Positions 50,701 to 62,599 of a stretch of 64,000 nt of DNA are shown one piece after another. Positions within the stretch are counted from its first letter, which is position 1; each line of letters starts with the position of its first letter. The notes under the pieces are model-generated. The model saw nothing but the letters and a program-made list of their open reading frames with translations. It did no database searches and had not been told where the DNA came from. Both the position numbers and the translations under genes were made by a program. Source of the stretch: Selaginella moellendorffii (Eukaryota > Plantae > Lycopodiophyta); contig NW_003314318.1 of the NCBI RefSeq assembly GCF_000143415.4, positions 1,227,690-1,291,689 on the forward strand, read 5' to 3'.

Positions 50701-52720
50701 TGGCCGTTTGCTCCATGCCAGGGGCGGCGACACGTTCAAGCGGATGTTTCAAGTGGCAGTGGCGACACGCTCAAGCGGATGTTTCAAGTGGCAGCGGCGC
50801 CGCCGGAGCTCCACAATCATCTCGACAACGATGACGAAGATCAAGGTACATTTTGATTCATGGTGGAGATCCCGACCTCTACGGGTGCCAGCGACGTGGA
50901 TGATCATCATCGTTCCACTGATGGCAATGGCGATTGCGGGATGTGGGTGGGGAGTTCCAGCAGCAATCGGTGGAGCAAGAAGGAGATACGCAACTTTACC
51001 ATCAGCTGGGCGGTGATGGTGCGTGGCAGGCCACAGGTTTTCAAGAAAGTGGTCGGCAATACTTGCAACCACCCATATTTAGTTACACCACGCGCGGTTC
51101 CTTATATTTATCTGGTGGCGGATTCTGGACTATCCAAACCGCCGGTGAAGCCTGTTGTCGACACGAGTATTCTTCATAGCTTGCAACTACTCGGAGAGGC
51201 TGCCCATTCGTGCTGCTGCTGCTTGAGCGAGACGAATCACGTAGCGGAGGTGGATCTCTACTTTCAGCTGATGGCCAGGGACTGTTTCTTTGCGAGCTGC
51301 GGTGTAGCATCCTTAGCACGGATTGTTGGAGGTATTTCACTCAGGTGCAGGGGTTGCAGTACCTCCAACATTCACTCCTCCACGACTAGTTAGATGAAGA
51401 ATCGATCAATGGCCCTGTTTGTCAGGGTGTGTGTTGGTGGATTACATAACCAAGTTATTTGTATAATAATGGGAGACTAATGTCAAAAGTGATAATTTGT
51501 ATTTTTGCAAATAATTGCTAACGTTATGTAGTTGCACAACCAAGCAAGGACCTTTATTTTTCTAGCATTAAGCAAGTGGAGGCTAGAAGGAGCAAGTCAT
51601 TGATGTATAGGCCAGAGAGAGTTGAAGAAAATGGGCATCCTTGTTTGATTTCTATTATGTTTCCCTGATTTGCAAAATTGGCAAAGATGATTTTATATAA
51701 TGTTAAAATTACTTGAATTATGTTTGGAAGTGCTTCTATTGCCTTTAAGTAGCTATGTTAAAAGTTAAAGTTTACGAAGTAGCAGATCAAATGCTTCCCA
51801 ATCATCCTTTCATGTATAGTATGAAGTATGATGAGATAGTTAGCACAACTATATTGTGGTCAAAAGCAACACCCACACACAATAAACTTCATATGGGAAA
51901 TTCTTATTGAGCTATACTGGCCCTTAGGACAAAAAAACCATATTGGTGGATATTGTCTACACTCTATGTTTCTAATTGCATTGGCATATATATAGAAATC
52001 AACCAACGTGGTTCTAGTTGGGAAATGGTCCTGAGCTTTATATCTTGGGAGAGTGACTTTGTCAATTGTGCTATGAAAATGTGGAGATAGTAAAGCATAC
52101 TACACATACATCCCTTCTATAATTTTCCTTCTAAAGATTCAGAATTCCTTTAAATCATGGCTTCAACACTTTGGAAAGCACTATTCAAAGAAAGAATTAT
52201 TGCATGTTTTATTTAAAAGTCAAACACTCTTCTATATATTGGTTGTTTTTCTATCTACATCATCCATGTCTGTTAGGTGGTTTTATTAGGAGGCATATTC
52301 TACGGAAAATTTTATAAAAAATGATGAATTTAGAATAATAAAACATTATATGTAACCTTTCATAACACACAATCATAAATAACAACATAGATTGGTGTAA
52401 GGTAATGATAGTTAAAAATAAGACATTAATAAATTTAGATTTAAAGTAACAAAAATTAAGTATTAAACACTTGGGGATTCATTGCCCTTGCTCAACAAGA
52501 CCTTCTCCATCGATGCGAAGCCACTTGGCAGAAGAGAGATGACATCCTATAGCATATTTTTTTATTATATTAAATATATTTTAAGAGCATATTAATTTTT
52601 TATAAAATAAATACAACTAAATATCAATATAATTATAAAATAAATAAATGTAAACTGTTGCTATATAAACTAAGTTCATATATTCTAATATTATAATTTT
52701 TTAACATTACAAAGAAGAAT

Positions 52721-53626
52721 ATGATTTATGATGTTATAAGTTTTTTTATTTGTATACTTATACTAATTCTTAGAAGTTTGCAAACTAATATTGAATGGGG
52801 CAAAAGTGATGAACTAACTGAAGGGGATATAAGGAAAATAGTCAGAGATGGATTTTCACATCTAACATATAGATTAAATTATAGTTATCCATATCCTTTA
52901 GAATTTGATGATTTTCATTTAGTTACTACTTCAAAAGGTGTAGTTTGTGTTGCAATAAGACGATTTGGTGGATCTTTACCAATTTGTACAACTGGAAAAA
53001 CATCAAGTAAAACAATTAGAGGATCAGAAATAATAAAGAGAATAGATACACTTGTTGAATCTTATTATGAAGTAATGGCTTTAAAACGTGCTGATGCAGC
53101 TAAAATAACTGCTAAATTTTATGAAATTCAGTATGCTATAATTATTCATAATAAGCCTAAAGCACCTTTTTTAGAGATTAAATTAAACTATAATAAAAAA
53201 CTATCTACATTTCTAAGTGATTGTCATATTTCATTAAGTACACTTGATAATAGTTTTTTGTATCATAATCAAGTTCTTGAAAATGGTAATTATTTAATAT
53301 CTCCAAATAGAAAAAACATTTTAATTATGAAAACTGATTGTAATTTAGTTCTATACTCAGGACTAAATATTATTTGGCAGACCTCAACATTTAGAAAATA
53401 TGCCTATTGTAAACTAATACTTCAAAGAGATGGTAATCTTGTTATATATACAAAATATTTTGAAGTTGTTTGGTCAATTGGAAAATATTGTGATGAACCA
53501 AATTGTTTTATCTTAGTTTATATTACATTATTAGACAATTGTAAATTTGTGTCTTATCTTATGAATAATCCTACTGAAATCTGGTATGAAACAGAGATTA
53601 TAAATGATAAGTTGTGTCTTAACTAA
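52721..53626 (+). CDS. Secreted protein: unknown N-terminal domain plus C-terminal bulb-type (GNA/B-type) mannose-binding lectin domain
   Basis: 301-aa uninterrupted ORF with hydrophobic N-terminus. Lectin motifs LISPN..LIMKTDCNLVLY..IWQT..LILQRDGNLVIY..VVWS. TATATAAA at about 52662. Confidence 0.75.
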   Translation: MIYDVISFFICILILILRSLQTNIEWGKSDELTEGDIRKIVRDGFSHLTYRLNYSYPYPLEFDDFHLVTTSKGVVCVAIRRFGGSLPICTTGKTSSKTIRGSEIIKRIDTLVESYYEVMALKRADAAKITAKFYEIQYAIIIHNKPKAPFLEIKLNYNKKLSTFLSDCHISLSTLDNSFLYHNQVLENGNYLISPNRKNILIMKTDCNLVLYSGLNIIWQTSTFRKYAYCKLILQRDGNLVIYTKYFEVVWSIGKYCDEPNCFILVYITLLDNCKFVSYLMNNPTEIWYETEIINDKLCLN

Positions 53627-54109
53627 ATTACTATTTAATAAATTGTAACCACTATTAATTTATAATTTTTTTGATTTTTAGTGTGTGTGTGTGTGTGTAT
53701 TAGCTTGAAATGAAACTTATTAATTAAAATTTCTAAAGATACATTCAATGAAAAAACTTTAACATTTAGAAACATGCTTATATATTTAAAGCTAATTATA
53801 TATATAAATGTAAAATATTACTTATTGATTATTTACCTTTTAAAAAATAATAACTTCTTAGCTCTTGAGTTGATCACTATTGCTAAGGATTTTGGATGGA
53901 TGAGATCTCTTCCTCAAAACTCATAAGGAGTTTTTTCCACTAGGCATTTCATGAATGTTCCTTATCAAAATTAACATAAAGGTTTTTAAATTTTATTTTT
54001 AAATACTCAAAAAAAAAAGAATAAATATTTATGGTCATGAGTGACCCATATTTACATATTTAAATTACTAATATAAATTTTTAATTTAGAAAGAGGGTTG
54101 GAATAAAAA

Positions 54110-54370
54110 TGTCACAAATATGATTGTGGGTATTGAAAGTTATTTGTTAGCTAGTCTTTTCAGTTATTCTTTTCTTACTACTATGACAGTAGAAGATTGG
54201 TATTATTGATTTTCTTTTCAATTCCTCTTGTTCAAGTGTTAGTAAACTGGGTTTAGCATTTATACTTAATCAAATAAACATAATATAGAAACTCCTATGT
54301 GTTAATTGCTGAATATACTTAACTTGTTTTTAATTCTCTTTTGCTTTGTCTTGCATTGGTTTTTCAAGAA
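54110..54370 (+). mobile_element. 5' fragment of the same LTR family
   Basis: TGTCACAAATATGATTGTGGGTATTGAAAGTTAT... aligns with the LTR start at 55231. Confidence 0.65.
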
Positions 54371-54586
54371 TGTGTAGGAGAGTGAGAGCACTTAGAGAGA
54401 GTTCACATTTTGGTGCACCAAACAAGGAATAAGTGTCTTCTAAGTATGCATGACTTGTAGATATAGAGAGAAAAGAGATCTAGAGAAAAAAGAGGGAGAT
54501 TTCCCTCTTTTCTTATGCTATAGAGGAGATTTCTTGATTATGTCCCGTTTGGAGTTATGTTGCTAGTAGTAGGAAAGGAATTTTAT

Positions 54587-56439
54587 AGTGATTCTAGTTT
54601 CATTCTCTTCCTTAGATCCAGGGCTTTCTTAGAAGTCTAGGCAGACATAAATTGGAGCAAGGAGTGGGGAGATTTGGTCATTTTTTTGTGCTGCAGCTTC
54701 TTGCTCAACATCACCAATTTTAGGAGTCTAGATTTAAATAATCTGTTCAACATTTTTTAATGCTGTAAAGTGGATCTAGAGTGGAAATTCCTAAACTTTC
54801 CTAGGAGTGGTTTCTTAATGGAATCAAGGATCACTTATGCTGCCGAACAGTCAAGTTTCTAAAGGTGAGAGTTTAGGGTTTTTGCCTCTTCCAAACCATA
54901 GCTCTTCTCCACAGTTTTGGATTTTGGATCCAAGTCTTCTAGAGTGATTCTAGTTTCTTTCTCTTCCGGGCTTTCTTATGAGTCTAGGTGCACTTAAATT
55001 GAAGGAGTGGGGAGATCTGGTTATTTTTCTGTGTCACAACTTCTTCCTCAACATCACCAAATTTGGGAGCCTAGATCTCAAAATCTGCCCAACATTTTTG
55101 AATGCCGTAAAGTGGATCTGCAGTGGCACATCCTTAGCTTTCCTAGGATGGTTTTTTGCTTGAATCAGTGATCATTTAGGCTGTCAAATAGTCAAGTTTC
55201 TAAAGGTGAGATTTTAGGTTCTTGCCTCCTTGTCGCGAATGTGACTTCGGGTATCGAAAGTTATCTTTTCGGCTAGTCCTTTCGGATATTCTTTCTTTAC
55301 TGCCATGATGGCAGGAGGTCGGTATTGCTGGGCTCGTTATTAGTCTCTGCCTAAGCTAGTTGAGAAACTGGTCATCATATGTGCACTTAAACCGGAAGGG
55401 CACTAAGGAAGGAAATCCTACGTTGTCATTTAGTCAAGCATACTTGGCACGGTGACGAGAAACTCATGTTGTTGACTTGCACTTGCTAGTGTTGGGAACC
55501 CCTGCGATATTAAGCTTGGTCCCTCAATATCGCTAGATGATAGTTTATCGTGTCTGCCAAACACCCTTGCTATCATGCCCTTTGTGTTAGTCTCATTTCA
55601 GTCCCAAATGTTATTTATGGAAAGTGTCTAGATTTGCTTATTTGGCATATCTACGGAATGTAGAGATCGGCCTGAACACAATGTTGTTCGTCCCGTGTCC
55701 AAATTTGCAATCTAGCGCCATTCCATATTTAGTAAGTTTCAAGCTTGTCCCAAAGACTAACTCCTGATACTAAGGGAGGCTTGGGGTGAAAGCCCAAAGC
55801 GTGTGTTCCTCAAAGGGGGGGGGGGGGGGGGGCGGCTGTGGGGGGTTCCAAATGTATAATAGGGATAGTGGGTAGGTTGGGCATGGCCGATCAACTTGAG
55901 GCTGAGTGTAGCTCCTGCTTGCGTGCTTGTCCTTGTTTTGCATCCGGCTTGGGTCTAAGCCCAAGTTCCATTCCATGCTAGCTGGTGGAGTACTCATGTC
56001 CTTGTGTTAGGCCATCGGTATAGCGGTAGACTTTGTTTGGCTCCATTTTGCGTGCTGGTCCTAGCATTGGGATGCTGATTGCTCCAGGACTGTTCCAAGT
56101 CGTTCCGGACTCCTGTCCCTTCGCTCCTTGGGCTATATGCTTGGGAGTTGCTCTGTGGTTTGGTTCCGTCACTCCTTGGCTTCATGCTTGGGGGTTTTGG
56201 CACCGTTCCTTTATTCAGTGGCCCAAGGCCATGAACCTTAGGTTCTGCACCACTATCCTTTGGACACGTGGTATATGACACGTGGCATGTGTCACATGGC
56301 ATAAAGAGGGTTTAGATTCCGCTTTGTGGTGTTATCCTATAGTAAATCACCATAGGATAAAAGGTCAAAACCACATGCGCTACACTCCTCCAAACCCTAG
56401 CTCTTATCCATGGTTTTGGATTTTGGATCCAAGTCTTCC
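54587..56439. repeat. About 356-bp tandem duplication whose second unit is interrupted by the solo LTR
   Basis: AGTGATTCTAGTTTC at 54587 and 54943. Unit end CCAAACC.TAGCTCTT...GGATTTTGGATCCAAGTCTTC at about 54890-54940 resumes at 56390-56439. Confidence 0.8.
55231..56384 (+). mobile_element. Solo LTR (1154 bp) with 5-bp target-site duplication
   Basis: TG...CA ends; CTCCT at both 55226-55230 and 56385-56389. Orientation taken from the PBS-bearing copy at 62957-63158. Confidence 0.92.
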
Positions 56440-57519
56440 ACTCACTTAGGGTACAAGAGCATGGTCTACAGTTTTAGATGAGGAGTTCTATCACATCCTT
56501 GATTGCTCACATCGAAGACCTCGTTAACCAATTGTTTGTATCCCGGATCTTTTACTGCTTGACAATCCAGTTCTTCTCAGCCATCTCCTTGGAAATTTGG
56601 CAATATTGTGATATTGTATGAATCAATTGCCATAGCTGGATATCAATGATGGGGGAATGGTGCACAGCAGGAGGGACATTATTAGAAGCTTATTGATCAT
56701 GGTGAAGGATACAACAATGCTCCTCCACCAAGCTTGTATAAGTAGGAAGCAAAATCAATGCCTCAACCAAGATGACAATGTGACTTTTGCGAGTGTTTCG
56801 GGTATGAGGAGGACCAATGCTAGTTCAAGAGAGACTACTTAGCATGTTTTGGATAGTCTTAGATATCAGCTCCAACTCCACAATAACAAGCTTTCTAGCA
56901 AAGGCCATTGCCAAATAATAGTTAGTGATGTCAATTTCATTGGCTTCTCCTTCAATCCCAAGAACTTCTTGGATAGACACATTAGTTACAATGATGAGGG
57001 CAATAAGTTTGTCGAGGGACAATGGCCATGGCTTGGAGAGCTCTCCTGTGAGAACCCCGGCTTTTGGATGTTGGAGAAGGCTGGCTGGACTGCAAGAATA
57101 GGGCTAGGATCACATAGTTAGGGTTAGTTCTATCCAATTGAGGCTACCACAATCGTCAATTGTCAAGGAGTTGGCATGGGAAAAATCCCCAACAAGTTTC
57201 AAGATATTGTGGAGTTTGTAGAAGTGGATCATGGCTCTCAACCTCTCTTGGATAGTTAGGTGGATGCAATGACTTCCTTAGATGCTTCCTTTGTTGTGAC
57301 ACATTGGCAAGCTTGTGAAAAGGAAATGCTTGATCACTCAGTCTCAATGTAAACTAAGGTGGTATACATGGCCAGATGGAGGTTGCTAGACATGTAGGAC
57401 ATGCATACTAGTATATTTTATAGTATATATAGAGTATATAGAGTATATTCTAGGGTTTGTGATAGTTGAAGCATAATGGAGTTAGAGCACTTGGAGAGAG
57501 TTTATAAAGAACCTATACA

Positions 57520-57856
57520 TTTTGAGATTAGTCCTTTAATATCACTAAATGATAGCTTACCATATTTGTTAAACACCCTTACTATCATGTCCCATATATG
57601 TTAGTCTTGTTCAGTCCTATTGGCTATTTATGGAAAGTGTCTAAATCTACTGATAAGGCATATCTATAGAATGTAGAAATTGTCCTAAACACAATGGTGT
57701 TGGTTTTACATCTAGATTCAGAATCTAGCATCATTCTATATTTAGTAAATTTTTGTGATTGTCTCAAAGACTAACTCTTGGGATTGGTGAAAACCCAAAG
57801 TGTGCATTCCCCAAGGGGGTGGGGGGGGGTACAAGTGTTTTAAGGGGTTCAAATGT
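57520..57856 (+). mobile_element. Internal fragment of the same LTR family, running into the gap
   Basis: Aligns with 55515-55855 (GATAGCTTA..AAACACCCTT.CTATCAT..GGAAAGTGTCT..GGTGAAA.CCCAAAG). Confidence 0.7.
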
Positions 57857-58765
57857 NNNNNNNNNNNNNNNNNNNNNNNNNNNNNNNNNNNNNNNNNNNN
57901 NNNNNNNNNNNNNNNNNNNNNNNNNNNNNNNNNNNNNNNNNNNNNNNNNNNNNNNNNNNNNNNNNNNNNNNNNNNNNNNNNNNNNNNNNNNNNNNNNNNN
58001 NNNNNNNNNNNNNNNNNNNNNNNNNNNNNNNNNNNNNNNNNNNNNNNNNNNNNNNNNNNNNNNNNNNNNNNNNNNNNNNNNNNNNNNNNNNNNNNNNNNN
58101 NNNNNNNNNNNNNNNNNNNNNNNNNNNNNNNNNNNNNNNNNNNNNNNNNNNNNNNNNNNNNNNNNNNNNNNNNNNNNNNNNNNNNNNNNNNNNNNNNNNN
58201 NNNNNNNNNNNNNNNNNNNNNNNNNNNNNNNNNNNNNNNNNNNNNNNNNNNNNNNNNNNNNNNNNNNNNNNNNNNNNNNNNNNNNNNNNNNNNNNNNNNN
58301 NNNNNNNNNNNNNNNNNNNNNNNNNNNNNNNNNNNNNNNNNNNNNNNNNNNNNNNNNNNNNNNNNNNNNNNNNNNNNNNNNNNNNNNNNNNNNNNNNNNN
58401 NNNNNNNNNNNNNNNNNNNNNNNNNNNNNNNNNNNNNNNNNNNNNNNNNNNNNNNNNNNNNNNNNNNNNNNNNNNNNNNNNNNNNNNNNNNNNNNNNNNN
58501 NNNNNNNNNNNNNNNNNNNNNNNNNNNNNNNNNNNNNNNNNNNNNNNNNNNNNNNNNNNNNNNNNNNNNNNNNNNNNNNNNNNNNNNNNNNNNNNNNNNN
58601 NNNNNNNNNNNNNNNNNNNNNNNNNNNNNNNNNNNNNNNNNNNNNNNNNNNNNNNNNNNNNNNNNNNNNNNNNNNNNNNNNNNNNNNNNNNNNNNNNNNN
58701 NNNNNNNNNNNNNNNNNNNNNNNNNNNNNNNNNNNNNNNNNNNNNNNNNNNNNNNNNNNNNNNNN
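57857..58765. other. Assembly gap (909 N)
   Basis: Run of N. Confidence 1.
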
Positions 58766-59359
58766 CTTGGTTTTAGCAATTCACTGCACAAGTAATAAAG
58801 CATTAGCCAACCATCCACACTAGCCATTCCCCAACTCTCTCCCAATCCTCCTCCATGGGTTAGATTGGACTTAAGGTTTCACTACACTCCCCACATGCAC
58901 AAACAGCTAAGCACACCAAGCCTCTAGATTCTTAACATCTCTTGGTATAACAAGACTTGATCATGGGACCTTTAAATCCCAAGCCTTCAATGCAACATTT
59001 GCTTTGGGACACTAGGGGGAAACATTGTGGCCTAATGATTAGGTATGGGTATCTCTACTCCCCCACTTCCATCCTAAAGGGAAGACCTAAGCCCTTAGGA
59101 GGGGGTGAGGACTAATGAGCCACAAGGTACTCAAGTGGGGCACCACTCCACATGAGCCAAAAGCACTGTAGTTAATTTCTTTTTTGGGAGTGGAAGTTAC
59201 TCTTAAGCACTTCTTTGGGTGGCCCCTCTGGCACCACCTAATCCGTGCTTACTCCCACCCAAGGCCCCTAAACCCCAGTCTCAACCTCAAGTCAGTTTGG
59301 AAGCACCATAGGAGAATTCTTTCAAGACTGGTTCCTGAACCTCACTATCCCTACTCTGT

Positions 59360-59545
59360 CTTGAACTCGATTTTGGACTCGGTCTCAGACCCAATCTCGA
59401 ATCTTGGACTTGGTTTTGATCCCAGTCTCGAACTCAGTCTCGAACTCAGTCTTGGAGTCGATCTTAGACTCGATCTTAGACTCGGTCTCAAACTTGGTCC
59501 CAAACTCAGTCTTAGAGTTGGTCTCGGACTCAATCTCAAATTCAG
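59360..59545. repeat. Degenerate hexamer array related to 41650-41840
   Basis: CTCAGT/CTCGAA/CTCGGT/CTTAGA units. The upstream flank (ATGAGCCAC...CAAGT) resembles about 41310. Confidence 0.7.
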
Positions 59546-59639
59546 TTTCATCCAATGAACTCTTTATCATTTTGGTCATGTTTTCAGGGATCCTTTAGCC
59601 TATGACACCTCAAGGAGTTGGTTCCTTACAACTGCTTTG

Positions 59640-61300
59640 TCCAATTTACATTTGACCATGCTCAAAGTTGAAGGAGCATAGAGCTGCATCTAGCCATGGC
59701 TAGCTAAGGATCACCAATAGCACTTGTGAGGATGCTCCCAAAGCAACATAGTCCACAATCAGAAAGTCAACAGTAGACTTGTAGCCATGAACCAAAATAA
59801 GTACATCACGACAAATCCCCTTTGGAGTTCAACTAAGGTCTTCAACACAACCATTGAGTTCTCCTTGATCTCAAGACCTGCTTGCTGAGCCACTATCAAG
59901 GGGAGGATATTGGTGGCTGAGCCTCCACATCAATGCCCACAATCATCACCACAACAATGAATGCACCTAGATCAAGAGCAACTCTGGCATTGATGATCAA
60001 AATGGGCTAGAGAGGAAGTTGCACCACCAAGAGCACATATTAAAGTCTTAATTTGCTCCCAAAATCCTGGGAATTGGTGATAAAGCGCATTGATGGTTAT
60101 TGTAACTGGTGTTGCCAAGATCTGATCAATGAGAGTGCATGGGCAGCCACTTGTCATCATAGAGGCCCCTCCTAGTGGCATACTGGTCAAGTTTAGAGTA
60201 GATGCTGGATCTCGAGATATAAGCAAGGATGCGTGTGATATTACAAATGCCTTTGGGAAAGGCAATTTGCAAGATGGAGCCAAAGGAGGTGGTGGAGTTG
60301 CTGCTAAGGTAGAGTTTAGCTTCTACACAACTGTTTCATGCTTCTTCTGAGCTCATGTCACAGTTGCTAGAGCAAGCTACTACTCAGCAATAAGTATGAT
60401 GTTCATAAGGCATTTGCTGCAATCAACAAGCCGGGCTACCTTGAGCACTCTCTAGTCAAGTAGTTGCTGGTATCCTATTGATGATGATGCCAATAAGTTG
60501 TTATCCATAAAGGGCTGCTGTTGCACATGTTGAGGGCACTGGGGTCAAAGTTTTGGATGGAGTTTCCAACATCTCGCAGTGTTGTGTGTATCATCTTTGC
60601 ATTCTTCACACCACCAACAATAGTGTCGAGTCTAAGTCTACATCCAAAGTGCTTGCAACTCCTCTACAAGCTTCTTTTGCTGCTAGGTCTGCTGCTGCAT
60701 AAGTGTCTGGTACTCCTTGAGCTCGTTGAGTGCTGACTCAATTGCTATAGGCATCTTGTTCTCGACAACATGTGCTGGCTGGGCAACGGCACACACTTGG
60801 GCCTAGAAGCCTAGCTGGGAGGGGACATCATGGTGCATGAAAGAGCATACCTCAAACATATGGTCAAATGCTGTTTCATAAGTTTTATATTGCCATTTAA
60901 GGACTTTGCATTACACTCCAACCTTGAGTCCTTGGACAAATGCCGACACCATGGGCTTCTCATTTGCTATGAGCCTTTATAGCAAGCATGCATGCCAATG
61001 CTTCTTGAATCGAATAGTGTAGTTTCTGACACTTTCTTGTGGCATTTGTCAGAATGAAAATAGCTCTATATAGAGTTGGTTGTCAGTTTTCTCCACTCTA
61101 AACAGCTTGAGGAACTTGTCAATCATCACAAAAAACAAGGAAGATGCCAATTTAATGCTCTTGCCTTCAAGGATCTTAGGAACAGTTCTTTGAGACAAGG
61201 GATCTTCTGTGATCTAATTGTACCCCAAGTAAGCTTGAAATTAGTCGACATGATTGCAAGCCGAAACACATAATCTAAGATAGAACTCTGGGAGGTCCAT
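59640..61300 (-). mobile_element. Decayed Ty3/gypsy gag-protease remnant
   Basis: Gag-like QESVRNY.IRF and FVQGL; protease-like GSATNILP and VDFLIVD...IL..PWL. Many stops. Confidence 0.5.
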
Positions 61301-62599
61301 TGCCCTATGAAGAAAGTGGATAACTACCACCATCGGTGCAATGTTTTGGTCACTCTCCTCTCTAGAATCTACTATGGATGATGAAGACTTGCTTGTTGAC
61401 AATGCTATCTAGTAGTCAAGCTCACGTCTAAACCTTGAGAACCTTCCTCTGAATCATGTGTAAGGGGAGCTTGTGCAACAACAACACTTAAACAACATGT
61501 ACAGGTGGGCATCAAACTCTTGAGATGCACTATATGCCAGAAAATTCCTCCCACTTATGCAATGAAATAAGGCTTAAAACAAAAACTTAAAACAAAAACC
61601 CTTAAATTGCTCATAAAAAGTTCCAAAAATCATAAAACAAAACTCATTGGAAAGCTAGAAACAAGCATAAGAATCTCATAGAAAAGATAAACCTAAAAAT
61701 CTCATTCAAATATGCTTTAAACCCTCATAAAAACTGGCAAACACATACCCAAATGAAAAACATGAAGATCCCATGGCTACCAGATCCTAAAATCCTATTT
61801 TTGGGCTTGTTAAAAAGCTATATCTAGGATCTATTTAGCTATGTAAAGAAAGATCAACTTACACTACTCAGATTTGTGTGAGAACGCCCCAAACTTCTCT
61901 CGTGCTCTAAATAAAAGAGCATAAGAGAAAAATGTTATAAACTGCTAGATCCCAAAGCAAAACTCACATGCAAGGACTCTAGAGAAAGCCTGTGAGTAAA
62001 TCTATCCGACAAGCCAAAAAAAGATGGAAGATCCATTAAGCATTGAGCTTCTAAAGTGACTACTATGTGCACTATGAAGAAAACTTAATTGCATATTGTG
62101 CTCTGAGCACATAATTGAGAAATTCTTGATGCTAGAATGAAGCTCTTAGCAACATTTACAAACCCATCAACTCAATTTCCCAAATAAATCAACAATCAAA
62201 ATGTGAAGAGGAGAAAACGACTATTCTTGGCCTAAAAAGAAAGAGAACTCAAGAAATCTTTAAAATTTAAAAATGGTGCTTAGAATTTTTGCATTTGGGT
62301 ACACACATCTTTGCTTTTAAAATCTCTTTAGTACTGGTGCCATTACCACAACACAAATCTCTCATGAATTTGCCCTAAAACCCAAGAAAAACCAAAGAAC
62401 AAAGGGGAGGATTGGTTAGAAAGCAATCCTCCCCAGTGGAGTTGCCAAAAGTTGAGAGGGGAGACTTTCAAGCTTTTGTATAAACTCCCTTAATCTAGAG
62501 AATGGGGGAGAAGGGGGTATAACCCCCTCTTGGAATATCCTTCATGCCCCTAGAATATTTTGATAGTGGAATATTCTAGGGAATCTCACTCAAAAACTA

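Noticed and set aside
52543-54072. Helitron ends around the lectin island (A|TC at about 52543; short hairpin GGTCATGAGTGACC, then CTAA|T)
   Set aside because: Motifs are too short and the hairpin too weak to support without other copies.
57742-58845. Four ORFs of over 300 aa
   Set aside because: Artefacts of translating through the N gap.
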